A stretch of 64,000 bases of DNA from an uncultured Candidatus Peribacteria bacterium (GCA_964512325.1 CAZEGN010000001.1:17517-81516); one strand, 5' to 3'. Counted from the first letter of the stretch, positions 44,953-54,496 are shown. Program-made: numbers and translations. Notes: a model not told the origin generated them from the letters alone.

Positions 44953-46128
44953 ATGGCTATTAATAAAAGAAAAAGCGTTCTTGCTCTTATTCCATTTTTT
45001 GCAACCACAATCGGTGTCGCGATATTTATTATTTTCTTTAATTATGGGGAGCTCACCTTTACAGCAGAATCCCCCTTTAGTGTGACCACTGGAAAAGAAA
45101 CAGTGAATGATACGAATGGTGTTGTTCATCTACGACTGGCTGCTGGCGAACAGACAATAGTAGCTAAAAAAGCAGGCTATTTCGATCAAACATTTCAAGA
45201 AACAGTTGCTGTAAATGCACAGAAAGAAATCGCAGTGGATTTTAGCTTTATTCCAGTCAGCGCCAGTATCAAATTTATTCCACCAATCAGCTACAGCAGT
45301 AGTCAACAAATAAACGACAATCAAGTCATGGACTTACTGTTCACAGCGCCAATTACTCAAGCCGTAACGCCTCCTAGTGGCTATACGAGAGCAGTCTGGG
45401 CACAAAATGGCACTAGCGCCTGCTTCTTTAATCCCACCAATCCTTTACTTGAACCTAAGCTATGGCAAAAAAATAAAAACTTGCAATCACTACCAACTAA
45501 TACTTTCAACTGCTTTTCAGCACCGCAAACAATTATTTCAGCACAGCTCAACAATCAAAACTTGCTTATCAATAGCAAGCTTGTAAAACGGAATGTGCAA
45601 CTTAATACCATTCTCAACATTGATCCATCAGGTACATGGGGATTATTAGCCGAAACCTATCCCAATAGTTCAAACACACTAGTTTCAGTATTTAACTTAA
45701 ACACCAATCAGCTCATTGAAATTGGTACATTTACACTCATCGAGCCAGCCAGATTTATCAGCATAGACAGATTTGCGCTGCGTACCAGCACAGGAACTGC
45801 AATATACGTACTATCTGCCCCTCAAACAGCAATATTATTATCGTTCAATGTACCATTAACACAGCTCGCTTATAGCACGAGCACTCAAAGTTACTATTAC
45901 CTCACACCAACTCCTGCTAGCGGCCTGCCTTCATTTTCAGAACTGTTAGAAAATAACAGTGTAAGAACGCTGTCTTTAGTAAGCAATAAAAGTGGCAAAG
46001 AAATGCTATTACAAACCTTCAAACCTGAGCAAAATTTTTCCGGCCTAAGCATAAGCCAAGATGGGAAGAAACTGTTTGCAGTCAATAAAGACACGCTTGA
46101 ATTGCAAAGTTATCAACTACAACCTTAG
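44953..46128 (+). CDS. TM-anchored PEGA-like protein with beta-rich C-terminal domain
   Basis: TM LALIPFFATTIGVAIFIIFF. PEGA-like VHLRLAAGEQTIVAKKAGYFDQTFQETV. The long C-terminal Ser/Thr/Asn-rich region looks beta-strand-like. Starts 2 nt after the previous gene. Confidence 0.55.
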   Translation: MAINKRKSVLALIPFFATTIGVAIFIIFFNYGELTFTAESPFSVTTGKETVNDTNGVVHLRLAAGEQTIVAKKAGYFDQTFQETVAVNAQKEIAVDFSFIPVSASIKFIPPISYSSSQQINDNQVMDLLFTAPITQAVTPPSGYTRAVWAQNGTSACFFNPTNPLLEPKLWQKNKNLQSLPTNTFNCFSAPQTIISAQLNNQNLLINSKLVKRNVQLNTILNIDPSGTWGLLAETYPNSSNTLVSVFNLNTNQLIEIGTFTLIEPARFISIDRFALRTSTGTAIYVLSAPQTAILLSFNVPLTQLAYSTSTQSYYYLTPTPASGLPSFSELLENNSVRTLSLVSNKSGKEMLLQTFKPEQNFSGLSISQDGKKLFAVNKDTLELQSYQLQP

Positions 46129-46177
46129 CAAGTGAGCGCTAATATGCTACCATTTTAGTGTTATTAACTTTTAGTTT

Positions 46178-46684
46178 ATAAAAAACGTTCGCATTAATGG
46201 CGCCATTACTGGCTTTGCCGAAGTGAGATTGGTAGATAGTGAAAATCAGCCTATAGGAATTGTACCCCTTGCTAAAGCTTTAACGATGGCGCAAGAGGCA
46301 GGGCTCGACCTGGTTGAAATTGCACCAAAGGCAATGCCACCAGTATGTCGCATTATGGATTTTGGTAAATTTATCTACCGACAACAAAAGCTTGAGAAAA
46401 AGCAGAAAAGCAAAAGTCCCAAGAATGAGATTAAAGGTGTTCGCTTAGGCCTAACCACTTCAGTCCATGACCTTGAGACCAAAGCCAATCAGACCAAACG
46501 CTTCTTAGAAAAGAGCGCCAAAGTTAAAATAACGTTGATGTTTCATGGCCGCCAAGCGACAAGAAAAGACCTCGGTGAGGCTAAGATAAAGGAATTCCTC
46601 ACGCTCCTAGAAGGACTCTACGCTGTCGAGCAGGCTATCAACACACAAGGCAAATTAATGTCCATGACAATTAAGCCTCTGTAG
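46178..46684 (+). CDS. infC: translation initiation factor IF-3, probably with a non-canonical (AUA/AUU) start
   Basis: Conserved IF-3 N-terminus (I)KNVRINGAITGFAEVRLVD is in frame upstream of the track start GTG 46223. An in-frame TAG lies at 46172-46174. No ATG/GTG/TTG occurs between that stop and RIN; only ATA (46178) and ATT (46193) do. Confidence 0.8.
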   Translation: MKNVRINGAITGFAEVRLVDSENQPIGIVPLAKALTMAQEAGLDLVEIAPKAMPPVCRIMDFGKFIYRQQKLEKKQKSKSPKNEIKGVRLGLTTSVHDLETKANQTKRFLEKSAKVKITLMFHGRQATRKDLGEAKIKEFLTLLEGLYAVEQAINTQGKLMSMTIKPL

Positions 46685-46750
46685 AGGAATTCGCAATTTC
46701 ATTGACACTCTGCCATAAGACCATTACTATACCAGCGCTTATTTTTTGAT

Positions 46751-46954
46751 ATGAAGCTAAAGTCATCGTCCACCGCGAAAAAACGTATTGCACGTACGGG
46801 CAGCAAAAAAAAGAAAACGTACATGCGCGAAAAGGCGGGCAAAAATCACCTTTTGAAGAACAAATCTAAACGTCAAAAGAATTTAGATAATGGTGGCGCT
46901 TTGGTGAGTGCTGCTGATTCAACAAAAATGCATCGTTTATTACCTTATAGTTAA
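46751..46954 (+). CDS. rpmI: 50S ribosomal protein L35
   Basis: 67 aa and basic, with KLKSSSTAKKRIARTGSKK...HLLKNKSKRQKN...LLPY. Sits in the canonical infC-rpmI-rplT order. Confidence 0.9.
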   Translation: MKLKSSSTAKKRIARTGSKKKKTYMREKAGKNHLLKNKSKRQKNLDNGGALVSAADSTKMHRLLPYS

Positions 46955-46957
46955 TTT

Positions 46958-47299
46958 ATGCGTGTCAAACGTGGTGTTGCGGCACATCGCCGTCACAAGA
47001 AAATTCTTAAAAGTACAAAAGGCTATCGCGGCTTAAGTAGCAAGACTTTCAAGATGGCTCGCCAAGCATTCTTCAAAGCTGGCCAACACTCATACTTAGA
47101 TCGTCGCAAGAAGCGTCGTACTTTCCGTAGCTTATGGATTCAGCGTATTAATGCTGCATGTCGTGAACAAGGGATGAGCTACTCACAGTTTATGTCTAAG
47201 CTACGCGTGAAAGGCATTGTTTTAAACCGAAAAATGCTTTCTGAAATGGCATTTACCGATGACGCATCTTTCAAGCAACTGATAGCTTCAGTAAAGTAG
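46958..47299 (+). CDS. rplT: 50S ribosomal protein L20
   Basis: MRVKRGVAAHRRHKKILKSTKGYRG...YLDRRKKRRTFRSLWIQRINAA is the typical L20 sequence. Confidence 0.95.
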   Translation: MRVKRGVAAHRRHKKILKSTKGYRGLSSKTFKMARQAFFKAGQHSYLDRRKKRRTFRSLWIQRINAACREQGMSYSQFMSKLRVKGIVLNRKMLSEMAFTDDASFKQLIASVK

Positions 47300-47326
47300 A
47301 CTAACGTTTCTGCGAACAAACAAACT

Positions 47327-47352
47327 AAAGAGGCCACAGGGCCTCTTTTTTG
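47327..47352 (+). terminator. rho-independent terminator of the infC-rpmI-rplT operon
   Basis: Perfect 7-bp stem AGAGGCC/GGCCTCT (47329-47335 and 47340-47346), loop ACAG, followed by TTTTT. Confidence 0.8.
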
Positions 47353-47365
47353 TAGTCACAAAAAA

Positions 47366-47435
47366 GAGGAATTCAAGATTCAAAATGAAAAATGCAAAGA
47401 GGATACGGAGGATTATAAATTATAGATTATCAATT
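47366..47435. repeat. composite heptamer-periodic element (10 consecutive 7-nt units)
   Basis: Units are gaggaat tcaagat tcaaaat gaaaaat gcaaaga ggatacg gaggatt ataaatt atagatt atcaatt. Homologous to 30050-30106, and its 3' part to 54419-54444. Confidence 0.85.
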
Positions 47436-47496
47436 GCTGGAGCTTTTTAATCTGCTCATTTGTCACACTCCTAAAAAAGAGCGCTGGCGCTATTTT

Positions 47497-47531
47497 TTAT
47501 TTTGAATTTTGAATCTTGAATTTTGAATTCT
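47497..47531. repeat. heptanucleotide tandem array (GAATTTT/GAATCTT type, 5 units)
   Basis: Units are ttatttt gaatttt gaatctt gaatttt gaattct. The array ends 4 nt before the stop of the 47535..48077 gene. Confidence 0.85.
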
Positions 47532-47534
47532 CCC

Positions 47535-48077
47535 CTACATCTTATAAATAAAGACTGGACCAAAGTTTTTCTTGGGGACTGCGGGAATTATCTCGCTTTC
47601 TTGCCAGCCGGGAATCTTAAAAGCATAGGAGATAATTTTCGCGCCTTTTTTTAATTCCCGTTTGTACTTAGGTGCATTGCGTTTGAAAGGGCCGTATAAC
47701 ATATAGCAAAACATTACATCGACATCAGTTAAATCAGCATGATCGCTATTACGAAAGAGAATTTTGATCTGCTGCCGATATTTTCTTGTCCGCCAAAGAG
47801 CTAACAAGTAGGGCAAAAAAAACAATTCATAGCCCTCCCCTTTTACCCCTGGTACTGCACGACAGGCAGTGAGCAGCATTCTGCCATCACCACAGCCAGG
47901 ATCTAGTACTTTCATGCCAGGCTTAAGCTTTGCGGCTTTAATCATATGCTCTACCACTGGTTGAGGCGTTGGGATGAAGGGGGCGCCAATAAAACAGACA
48001 TAGGCCGTAATTAAAAAGAGCACTCCGCCGATGATATAGAGTGTCGGCATGAGGATAAGCGCTATTGTTTCAATCAT
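47535..48077 (-). CDS. class I SAM-dependent methyltransferase with N-terminal TM segment
   Basis: TM LILMPTLYIIGGVLFLITAYVCF and motif I VLDPGCGDGRMLL. Confidence 0.65.
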   Translation of the reverse strand: MIETIALILMPTLYIIGGVLFLITAYVCFIGAPFIPTPQPVVEHMIKAAKLKPGMKVLDPGCGDGRMLLTACRAVPGVKGEGYELFFLPYLLALWRTRKYRQQIKILFRNSDHADLTDVDVMFCYMLYGPFKRNAPKYKRELKKGAKIISYAFKIPGWQESEIIPAVPKKNFGPVFIYKM

Positions 48078-48086
48078 GAGAACAAG

Positions 48087-51000
48087 TTATTTGGATATCA
48101 CCAAAGCATCATCAAAGGCTGCTGCAAAGGCACGAATATCTTCGCATAAGCGCTTAAACCAATCCACTCCTAATTCCTCTTTTTTAATCTTTAACACTTG
48201 ACCAGATATCATCCAGCGTGGGTTTTGTGCTAATAGCTTCATAATCTCACGTGGTGTTACCTTTGGACCGAGCACAAGCTCAATTCTTTTCTGACGTTCG
48301 ATATATGTCTCTTTAATTGCTAATAAGTTAGCCTTAGTAGCATATATTTTGAGACTCAGAATTTGAAGCAAGTTTTTCGTTTCAGTAGGCAATTCACCGA
48401 ACTTTTCTTCAAGCTCTTTGGTAAGCTCGGTCAATGTATCCAAACTGTCGCAGCTCGCTAGCTGTTGGTAATGTTTGATTTTATCAATATGGTCATCAAT
48501 ATATGTGCCAGGAATGTATGCTGTAACGGGCAGTTCAATCAGCGTTTCTTCTTTGGGTTTATTGATAAAGTCAACCTGGCTCTTCCCTGCTTTGATGTTT
48601 TCGATCGCTTGTTTCAGCAAACGAGTAAAGTGAGTTACACCGATAGCATTAATGCTGCCATGCTGTTTGGCACCAAGAATATCACCAGCACCTCGAATCT
48701 CTAAGTCACGCATTGCGATTTGGAAGCCACTACCCAACTCTGAAGCTTCAACAATTGCCCTAAGGCGTTTCTTGGCAACATCTTCAAGCTTTTGGCTGTG
48801 ATACAGGAAGTAGGCATATGCTTGACTCGCACTTCTACCTACTCGCCCACGCAACTGATATGCCTGAGCCAATCCTAAGCGCTCCGCATTGTCGACAATT
48901 AATGTATTGGCATTCGGCAAATCAATACCGTTTTCAATAATAGTAGAACTAATCAATACATCAAATTCATGAGCTTTAAAGCTCATAATACGGTTCTCCA
49001 GCTCTTCGTTTGCTAATTGGCCATGAGCCACAATAAAGCGTGCCTCAGGTACTAATGACTGTAGCTTGGTCTTCATGCTCTCAATAGTCTGTACTCTGTT
49101 ATGTAAGAAATACACCTGTCCTTTTCTTTGCAGTTCACGCAAAATAGCCTCACGGATAAATGACATACTGAAGCGACGAACTTCAGTGACCACCGGCAAG
49201 CGTCCAGGTGGTGGTGTGGTAATAGTCGAAATATCGCGCAGACCTGACAAGCTCATGTTTAGCGTGCGCGGAATTGGGGTGGCGGTAAGCGTCAAAATAT
49301 CAACACTGTGACGCAAAGCCTTTAGCTTTTCTTTTTGCTTCACACCAAAACGCTGCTCTTCATCTACCACAACTAATCCTAAGTCTTTAAATTTAATATC
49401 TTCCTGTAATAAACGATGCGTGCCAATGATTATATCTAATTCGCCTTTTGCCAACTTTGCTAATGTTTTTTTCTGGTCTGTTGCTGAGTTAAAACGAGAT
49501 ATCATACCCACTCTTACCCCAAAAGGCTTCATACGTTTCTCAAAAGAGCGAAAGTGTTGATCTACCAGAATGGTAATTGGCGCCAGCACTGCCACTTGCT
49601 TGCCACTTAAAAAGGCTTTGAATGCGGCTCGCATAGCTACTTCCGTTTTACCAAATCCAACATCACCACAAAGCAAACGATCCATTGGTTTTTCTTTCTC
49701 CATATCACGACAAATTTCCTCAATTGCCTTGAGCTGACCGGGTGTAGCTACATAGCCAAAGCTAGCATCAAACTGTGACATGGTGATATCATCTGATGAA
49801 TGAGCGAAGCCTTTTGCGGTTTCACGCAATGCGTACAGTTCCAAAAGTTCCTTTGCAATGACAAGACTCTCTTTACGAGCTTCAGACGTCACTCTATTCC
49901 AGTCCCCAGAGCCTAAACGCGTTAAAGGAGGCGCATGATCTCCAGTTGCACCAATGTATTTATTTACTTTATCTGCCTGCTCTACTGGCACAAAAAGCTT
50001 GTCCCCCTTAGCATAATCGAGTTGTAGATATTCCCGTGTTGTTTGATCCACTGTTTTTTGAATGGTCCCTTGGAACAAAGCCAAGCCGTGATCAATGTGT
50101 ACAACCAAGTCACCGGGATTAAGGCTAGCTAAAAAAGCCGCGTCTACTTGAGATTGTGTATATTTCTTAGGTTTTTGAAATTGCCCAAATATTTCTTGAT
50201 CAGTAATCACTAACAGCTTCAGTGAAGCATTTTGGAACGCTTCAGGGAACTGCAAAGACTGTGAACTAAAGCTATCACGGGCCTGTCGGTTTGCTCTCTT
50301 TTCAATAAGATGAACTCGAGTTAGCTCTTCGTTGGTATAGCCCTGATCAACCAGCAATTGCCACACCTTTTCAGCATCTGCAGTGAACAAAATAACTTGC
50401 CACTGTTCATCCACTTTTGTTTTCAAATCCTTAGTGAACTCCAATGGATTGTGAAAACGAAGCACAGACGTAAAGTGCATATCAATCACTCCAGAGGCAT
50501 CATTTACATCTTCTGCGAACGGCAAGAAATTAATGACCTTAGCATCTTTAGGCAACTCTGGCGTAACAGACAACTCATCCAATACAACCAAGCTTCCAGC
50601 AAAGTAATCCTTCAAAAAAGCATTATAGCCGCGAGTGTCTACTGGAAAAATGCTGGTACTTTTGTACTCCTCCCCCTTTTCCTGAGTGGCTGGGTTAAAG
50701 GCATGGAGTGACTCTACCACATCATCAAACAACTCAATACGCAATGGCGTTTCACGATTCACCGGGAAAATATCAATTATTCCTCCTCTTTTCACGTAAA
50801 AACCAGGATCAACAATTAAACCATTAGCTAGTTGATAGCCGCTATCAATGAGTTTATTGAAAAACTTCACAAATTGTAGTTTTTCACCAGACTTCAAAGT
50901 TAGCTTAGCCTGATCAATATCATATGCAGTTGGCAGTTTTAATTCAGACCACACCTTAGGCGATGTAATAACAAAAGGCTTCTTATTTTGATGAATTAAA

Positions 51001-51329
51001 GCCACTAAGCGCATTACCAACAAATGATGATTGCCTAACAATACATCCTCATTCAAAACAAAACAGTCAGGAATCTCCCATAATTGTTCATCTGACGCTA
51101 AGCGCTCTAACATAGCGCTATCATCTACGAGCCATAAGACTGGGCACTGCAATTGTTCACGTATATGAAATACCGTAAGCATTTTGCTTGCTGAACTAGC
51201 TGCGCCGGTGAAATGTAAAACTTTTCCAGATGACAACGTCGCTGCATATTTTTCTGCAGGCAGTGTTGCCAAAGCACAAACTGGCAATGACATGAATACT
51301 ATAAAATACAGGGGCGAAATCAAGCCCAC
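48087..51329 (-). CDS. mfd: transcription-repair coupling factor
   Basis: RNAP-interaction (CarD/TRCF) domain GDLVVHIDHGLALFQG. Helicase motifs LLCGDVGFGKTEVAMRAAF, VVDEEQRFGV, LTLTATPIPRTL and QLRGRVGRS. The true start may be Met13 (51293). Confidence 0.93.
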   Translation of the reverse strand: MGLISPLYFIVFMSLPVCALATLPAEKYAATLSSGKVLHFTGAASSASKMLTVFHIREQLQCPVLWLVDDSAMLERLASDEQLWEIPDCFVLNEDVLLGNHHLLVMRLVALIHQNKKPFVITSPKVWSELKLPTAYDIDQAKLTLKSGEKLQFVKFFNKLIDSGYQLANGLIVDPGFYVKRGGIIDIFPVNRETPLRIELFDDVVESLHAFNPATQEKGEEYKSTSIFPVDTRGYNAFLKDYFAGSLVVLDELSVTPELPKDAKVINFLPFAEDVNDASGVIDMHFTSVLRFHNPLEFTKDLKTKVDEQWQVILFTADAEKVWQLLVDQGYTNEELTRVHLIEKRANRQARDSFSSQSLQFPEAFQNASLKLLVITDQEIFGQFQKPKKYTQSQVDAAFLASLNPGDLVVHIDHGLALFQGTIQKTVDQTTREYLQLDYAKGDKLFVPVEQADKVNKYIGATGDHAPPLTRLGSGDWNRVTSEARKESLVIAKELLELYALRETAKGFAHSSDDITMSQFDASFGYVATPGQLKAIEEICRDMEKEKPMDRLLCGDVGFGKTEVAMRAAFKAFLSGKQVAVLAPITILVDQHFRSFEKRMKPFGVRVGMISRFNSATDQKKTLAKLAKGELDIIIGTHRLLQEDIKFKDLGLVVVDEEQRFGVKQKEKLKALRHSVDILTLTATPIPRTLNMSLSGLRDISTITTPPPGRLPVVTEVRRFSMSFIREAILRELQRKGQVYFLHNRVQTIESMKTKLQSLVPEARFIVAHGQLANEELENRIMSFKAHEFDVLISSTIIENGIDLPNANTLIVDNAERLGLAQAYQLRGRVGRSASQAYAYFLYHSQKLEDVAKKRLRAIVEASELGSGFQIAMRDLEIRGAGDILGAKQHGSINAIGVTHFTRLLKQAIENIKAGKSQVDFINKPKEETLIELPVTAYIPGTYIDDHIDKIKHYQQLASCDSLDTLTELTKELEEKFGELPTETKNLLQILSLKIYATKANLLAIKETYIERQKRIELVLGPKVTPREIMKLLAQNPRWMISGQVLKIKKEELGVDWFKRLCEDIRAFAAAFDDALVISK

Positions 51330-51438
51330 ACAGTAAGTATAGTAATGTTCTATATTTACTGCAAGCTAAAAATGCCATATTCTTAGCGAGCAGTAAGAGA
51401 ACTCTCTTTTTTGTATCCCAAACTTAGCACCTTTTTCT

Positions 51439-52452
51439 ATGATATTTAGTAAGAAAATTGCAATCGACTTAGGAACCACGAATACCCGTGTGCATGTGGA
51501 GGGACGAGGTATTATTGCCCAAGATCCATCCATTGTGGCTGTATCTGACCAAAAAAGAATCCTGGCCATTGGCGAAGAGGCTAAAATCATGTTAGGGCGC
51601 ACACCAGAAATGATTAATGCTCACCAGCCATTACAAGATGGAGCCATCGCTGACTATCGTGTCACAGAGGCATTGTTACGTCATTTCATTAATAAAGCCG
51701 CAGGCAGATTCCGTGTTTTTAATCCGGAAGTAATGATTTCTGTTTCAGCCGGCATAACTAGTACAGAAAGAAGAGCCGTGATTGATGCGGCAATATCAGC
51801 AGGCGCTCATGAAGCTTATCTGATTAAGCACCCCCTTGCTGCGGCCATAGGTGCAAATATTCCCATTGCCGAACCAGTAGGCAATTTTATAGTTGATATT
51901 GGTGGTGGAACCACAGAAGTAGCCGTCATTTCTTTGGGAGGCATTGTAGTGTCGGAATCAGTTCGTGTGGGCGGCAATAAACTCGACCAAAGCATTTCAG
52001 AACATATTCGTAAGCAATATGGTCTATCGATTGGGCCTCGCACAGCGGAAGAAGTAAAAATCGCAGTGGGTAGTGCGATTCCTCTTAAGGAGGCGCTTCG
52101 CATTAACATTCGTGGACGAGATCTCATGACTGGCCTACCTCGCGTAATAGAAGTACACACAGGTGATGTGGTAAAAGCAATTACCGATGAGTTAGAAAAA
52201 ATCATCCTTGCTGTAAAAAAGGTATTGGAACAAACACCGCCTGAATTAAGTGCTGATATTATTGATCATGGCATTGTCCTCACTGGTGGTGGCGCGCAAT
52301 TACGGAATCTCGCAGAATTGATTAGCCATCATACTGGAGTGCCAACAGTAGTAGTAGACGAGCCAGCGCTTTGTGTGGTAAGAGGAGTTGCCGTGGCCTT
52401 AGAAAACCTAGAAGCTTATAAAAGAAGCCTTATTGGCAGTAAAAATCGTTAA
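51439..52452 (+). CDS. mreB: rod-shape-determining actin homologue MreB
   Basis: Contains IAIDLGTTNTRV, DIGGGTTEVAVISLGG and VLTGGGAQLRNL. Confidence 0.95.
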   Translation: MIFSKKIAIDLGTTNTRVHVEGRGIIAQDPSIVAVSDQKRILAIGEEAKIMLGRTPEMINAHQPLQDGAIADYRVTEALLRHFINKAAGRFRVFNPEVMISVSAGITSTERRAVIDAAISAGAHEAYLIKHPLAAAIGANIPIAEPVGNFIVDIGGGTTEVAVISLGGIVVSESVRVGGNKLDQSISEHIRKQYGLSIGPRTAEEVKIAVGSAIPLKEALRINIRGRDLMTGLPRVIEVHTGDVVKAITDELEKIILAVKKVLEQTPPELSADIIDHGIVLTGGGAQLRNLAELISHHTGVPTVVVDEPALCVVRGVAVALENLEAYKRSLIGSKNR

Positions 52453-52454
52453 TC

Positions 52455-53702
52455 ATGAAAAAGCTTTTATTTTTTCTGACTGGATTATGGTTAGCGCTAT
52501 TACCCTGGCATGCTTTTCTAAAGACCTGGCTATCAAAACTATTCCTGGGCAGTCATGCTGATTTTTTGCCATTAAGCAGCAATATCTTCTCTTTGTGGAA
52601 AGAGATTGTATTATTTACACTACTAGGCTTATTGCTTTGGCTACGAAGGCAAGAAATATGGAACTTCAATTATAGAAACAAGTTATTTCTAACATTAACT
52701 GCCTTTGTAACCAGCTTAATTGTTTTTGGTGGCTCACAAGCTAACTCAGTAGCGGCTCTCATCCTTGGTCTCCGCACTGACCTATTATTTGTCCCCAGTC
52801 TACTAGTCGGTTTATTATTGGCTCTTAGTTTCAAAAAAAGCGTGCTAGATCGCCTCCTACGCCTAACATTACTCTCTCTCACAATTGCGTTTGGCATTTT
52901 TTTGTGTTTCTGGATAATCAAACCTGATATTGGACTTTACTTTGGCTATAGCCCTTATCAAAGTTCCTATGTCGAAGAAAAACCATTACCGGTTTACCAC
53001 TGTTTATTCATCAATGATTCATGCCTACCTCGCTTGCAGGCAAGCTTCTCTGGCCCCAATCAAGCAGGAAGCTTAAGCCTACTATGGGCGGCACTGCTCT
53101 TTTACTTTAGTAATAATGTCTGGTTACTCTTACTCCCGCTCATTGCTGTCAGCCTTACCTTTTCGCGATCGGCACTTTTAGGAGGATTGGTTGCCATCCT
53201 TTGTAATTTGCCTAAAAAAGCATTACTACTAACGACTGGTGTTATCAGTCTTATAGTAATAGGAATATTTAGCGTTAGCCCTGACGTTGTCACCCATGGA
53301 CTTTCAACTTCTGAGCATTGGCACAAGACTGTTGATGGCATACAGCGGCTTATCACTGCTCCTTTCGGTACAGGCCTAGGCTCAGCAGGCCCCGTTTCTC
53401 GACGCTTGCTCGGTGAAGAACACGCTCTCATCAGCGAAAATTGGTATTTACAACTGGGCGAAGAGGCTGGCATTCTGACTATGCTTCTTTTTGTTCTATT
53501 CATAGGACTGCTAAGTTGGTCCCTGCTTAAAAGCAACAACCAACTTCAAAAACTCATGGGCATGGTCCTTTTGGGCACCTCCTTTCAGGGACTATTTTTG
53601 CATCTGTGGGAAGACAGCACCTTAACCATGCTTATTTGGTTCTTCATTGGCGTCAGTTTATGTTACAATAGTAATGAATCTACCCAACATTATGGAAAAT
53701 AA
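52455..53702 (+). CDS. O-antigen ligase/polymerase-like (Wzy_C-type) polytopic membrane protein
   Basis: About 10 TM segments, SRSALLGGLVAIL followed by a loop with HWHKTVDGIQRLITAPFGTGLGSAG. Starts 2 nt after mreB. Confidence 0.6.
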   Translation: MKKLLFFLTGLWLALLPWHAFLKTWLSKLFLGSHADFLPLSSNIFSLWKEIVLFTLLGLLLWLRRQEIWNFNYRNKLFLTLTAFVTSLIVFGGSQANSVAALILGLRTDLLFVPSLLVGLLLALSFKKSVLDRLLRLTLLSLTIAFGIFLCFWIIKPDIGLYFGYSPYQSSYVEEKPLPVYHCLFINDSCLPRLQASFSGPNQAGSLSLLWAALLFYFSNNVWLLLLPLIAVSLTFSRSALLGGLVAILCNLPKKALLLTTGVISLIVIGIFSVSPDVVTHGLSTSEHWHKTVDGIQRLITAPFGTGLGSAGPVSRRLLGEEHALISENWYLQLGEEAGILTMLLFVLFIGLLSWSLLKSNNQLQKLMGMVLLGTSFQGLFLHLWEDSTLTMLIWFFIGVSLCYNSNESTQHYGK

Positions 53703-54426
53703 CGAATTAGGGTTTGGCCCTCGTAAATTTGAAGGCGTAATTGTTTTTTATCGCATGATTGCCGGTATAGTCGGCGGAGTTGCCGGAGGACTTGTGATTT
53801 TGATTGGTATTATCTTTGCCGGCTCCCTAATTCAGACCCTTGCCGACCCCACGGCTGCAGTGTCGCCTTTTGCCATATTTATGGGCATTAGTGTCTTATT
53901 TTTAGCCACTCTCATTAGCAACGGGCTAAGTGTCTTTTTAATGAGTCTTTGCGACCAAGATAAATACCAAAATCCTTATAGTGGTTTATTACAAGTAGCC
54001 ATTATCAACATTTTCGTCTTTGTACTTGCCATTCCAGCTTATTTTATTGGTAGAAATGTTGATCCAAGCTATATGCTAATCGTGGCACTCGTGCAGATTA
54101 TCACTGCCGCATTAGCATCCACACTTGTATTCAGTGCGGTCACTGTACGTGCCAGTGAATTTGTCATTGATGTTTATAGCAGCTTTATCAGTTTGCTGTT
54201 TGGTTTAGCAATTACCGGCATTGTTACACTCATGGGCAGTAATACCGCTCCCCTATTTTTTGGCTTACCGATTATTATCTGGTTTAGCATCGGCTTTTTC
54301 GGTGGACTCACCGAGTTCTTCTACTATCAACTGTACCGTCACACTGGTGTCGATCTGTTAGAAGCAGGCATTGAAGAAGAAGATGTCGGTTTTGATGAGC
54401 CAAGCAAGAGGGGGGAGAAATTATAG
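53692..54426 (+). CDS. polytopic membrane protein, unknown function
   Basis: At least 6 hydrophobic segments and an acidic C-terminus EEEDVGFDEPSKRGEKL. The start is placed at Met16 (MENNELGF), overlapping the previous gene by 11 nt. Confidence 0.55.
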   Translation: MENNELGFGPRKFEGVIVFYRMIAGIVGGVAGGLVILIGIIFAGSLIQTLADPTAAVSPFAIFMGISVLFLATLISNGLSVFLMSLCDQDKYQNPYSGLLQVAIINIFVFVLAIPAYFIGRNVDPSYMLIVALVQIITAALASTLVFSAVTVRASEFVIDVYSSFISLLFGLAITGIVTLMGSNTAPLFFGLPIIIWFSIGFFGGLTEFFYYQLYRHTGVDLLEAGIEEEDVGFDEPSKRGEKL

Positions 54427-54476
54427 ATTATGGATTATCAATTGTGTGGGAAATCTATAATTTATAATCTATAATC
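54422..54476. repeat. two heptanucleotide arrays (TATNGAT x3 and TATAATN x3)
   Basis: tatagat tatggat tatcaat (54422-54442) and tataatt tataatc tataatc (54456-54476). The second array supplies three TATAAT hexamers 21-35 nt upstream of tRNA-Arg. Confidence 0.8.
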
Positions 54477-54496
54477 GATCCTTCACCACTCCCTAC

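Noticed and set aside
47366-47531. The heptamer arrays might be a CRISPR array or degenerate CRISPR remnants.
   Set aside because: The units are 7 nt, directly abutting with no spacers, with only 4-10 copies per site. No cas genes are present. They are microsatellite-like tandem repeats and not CRISPR.
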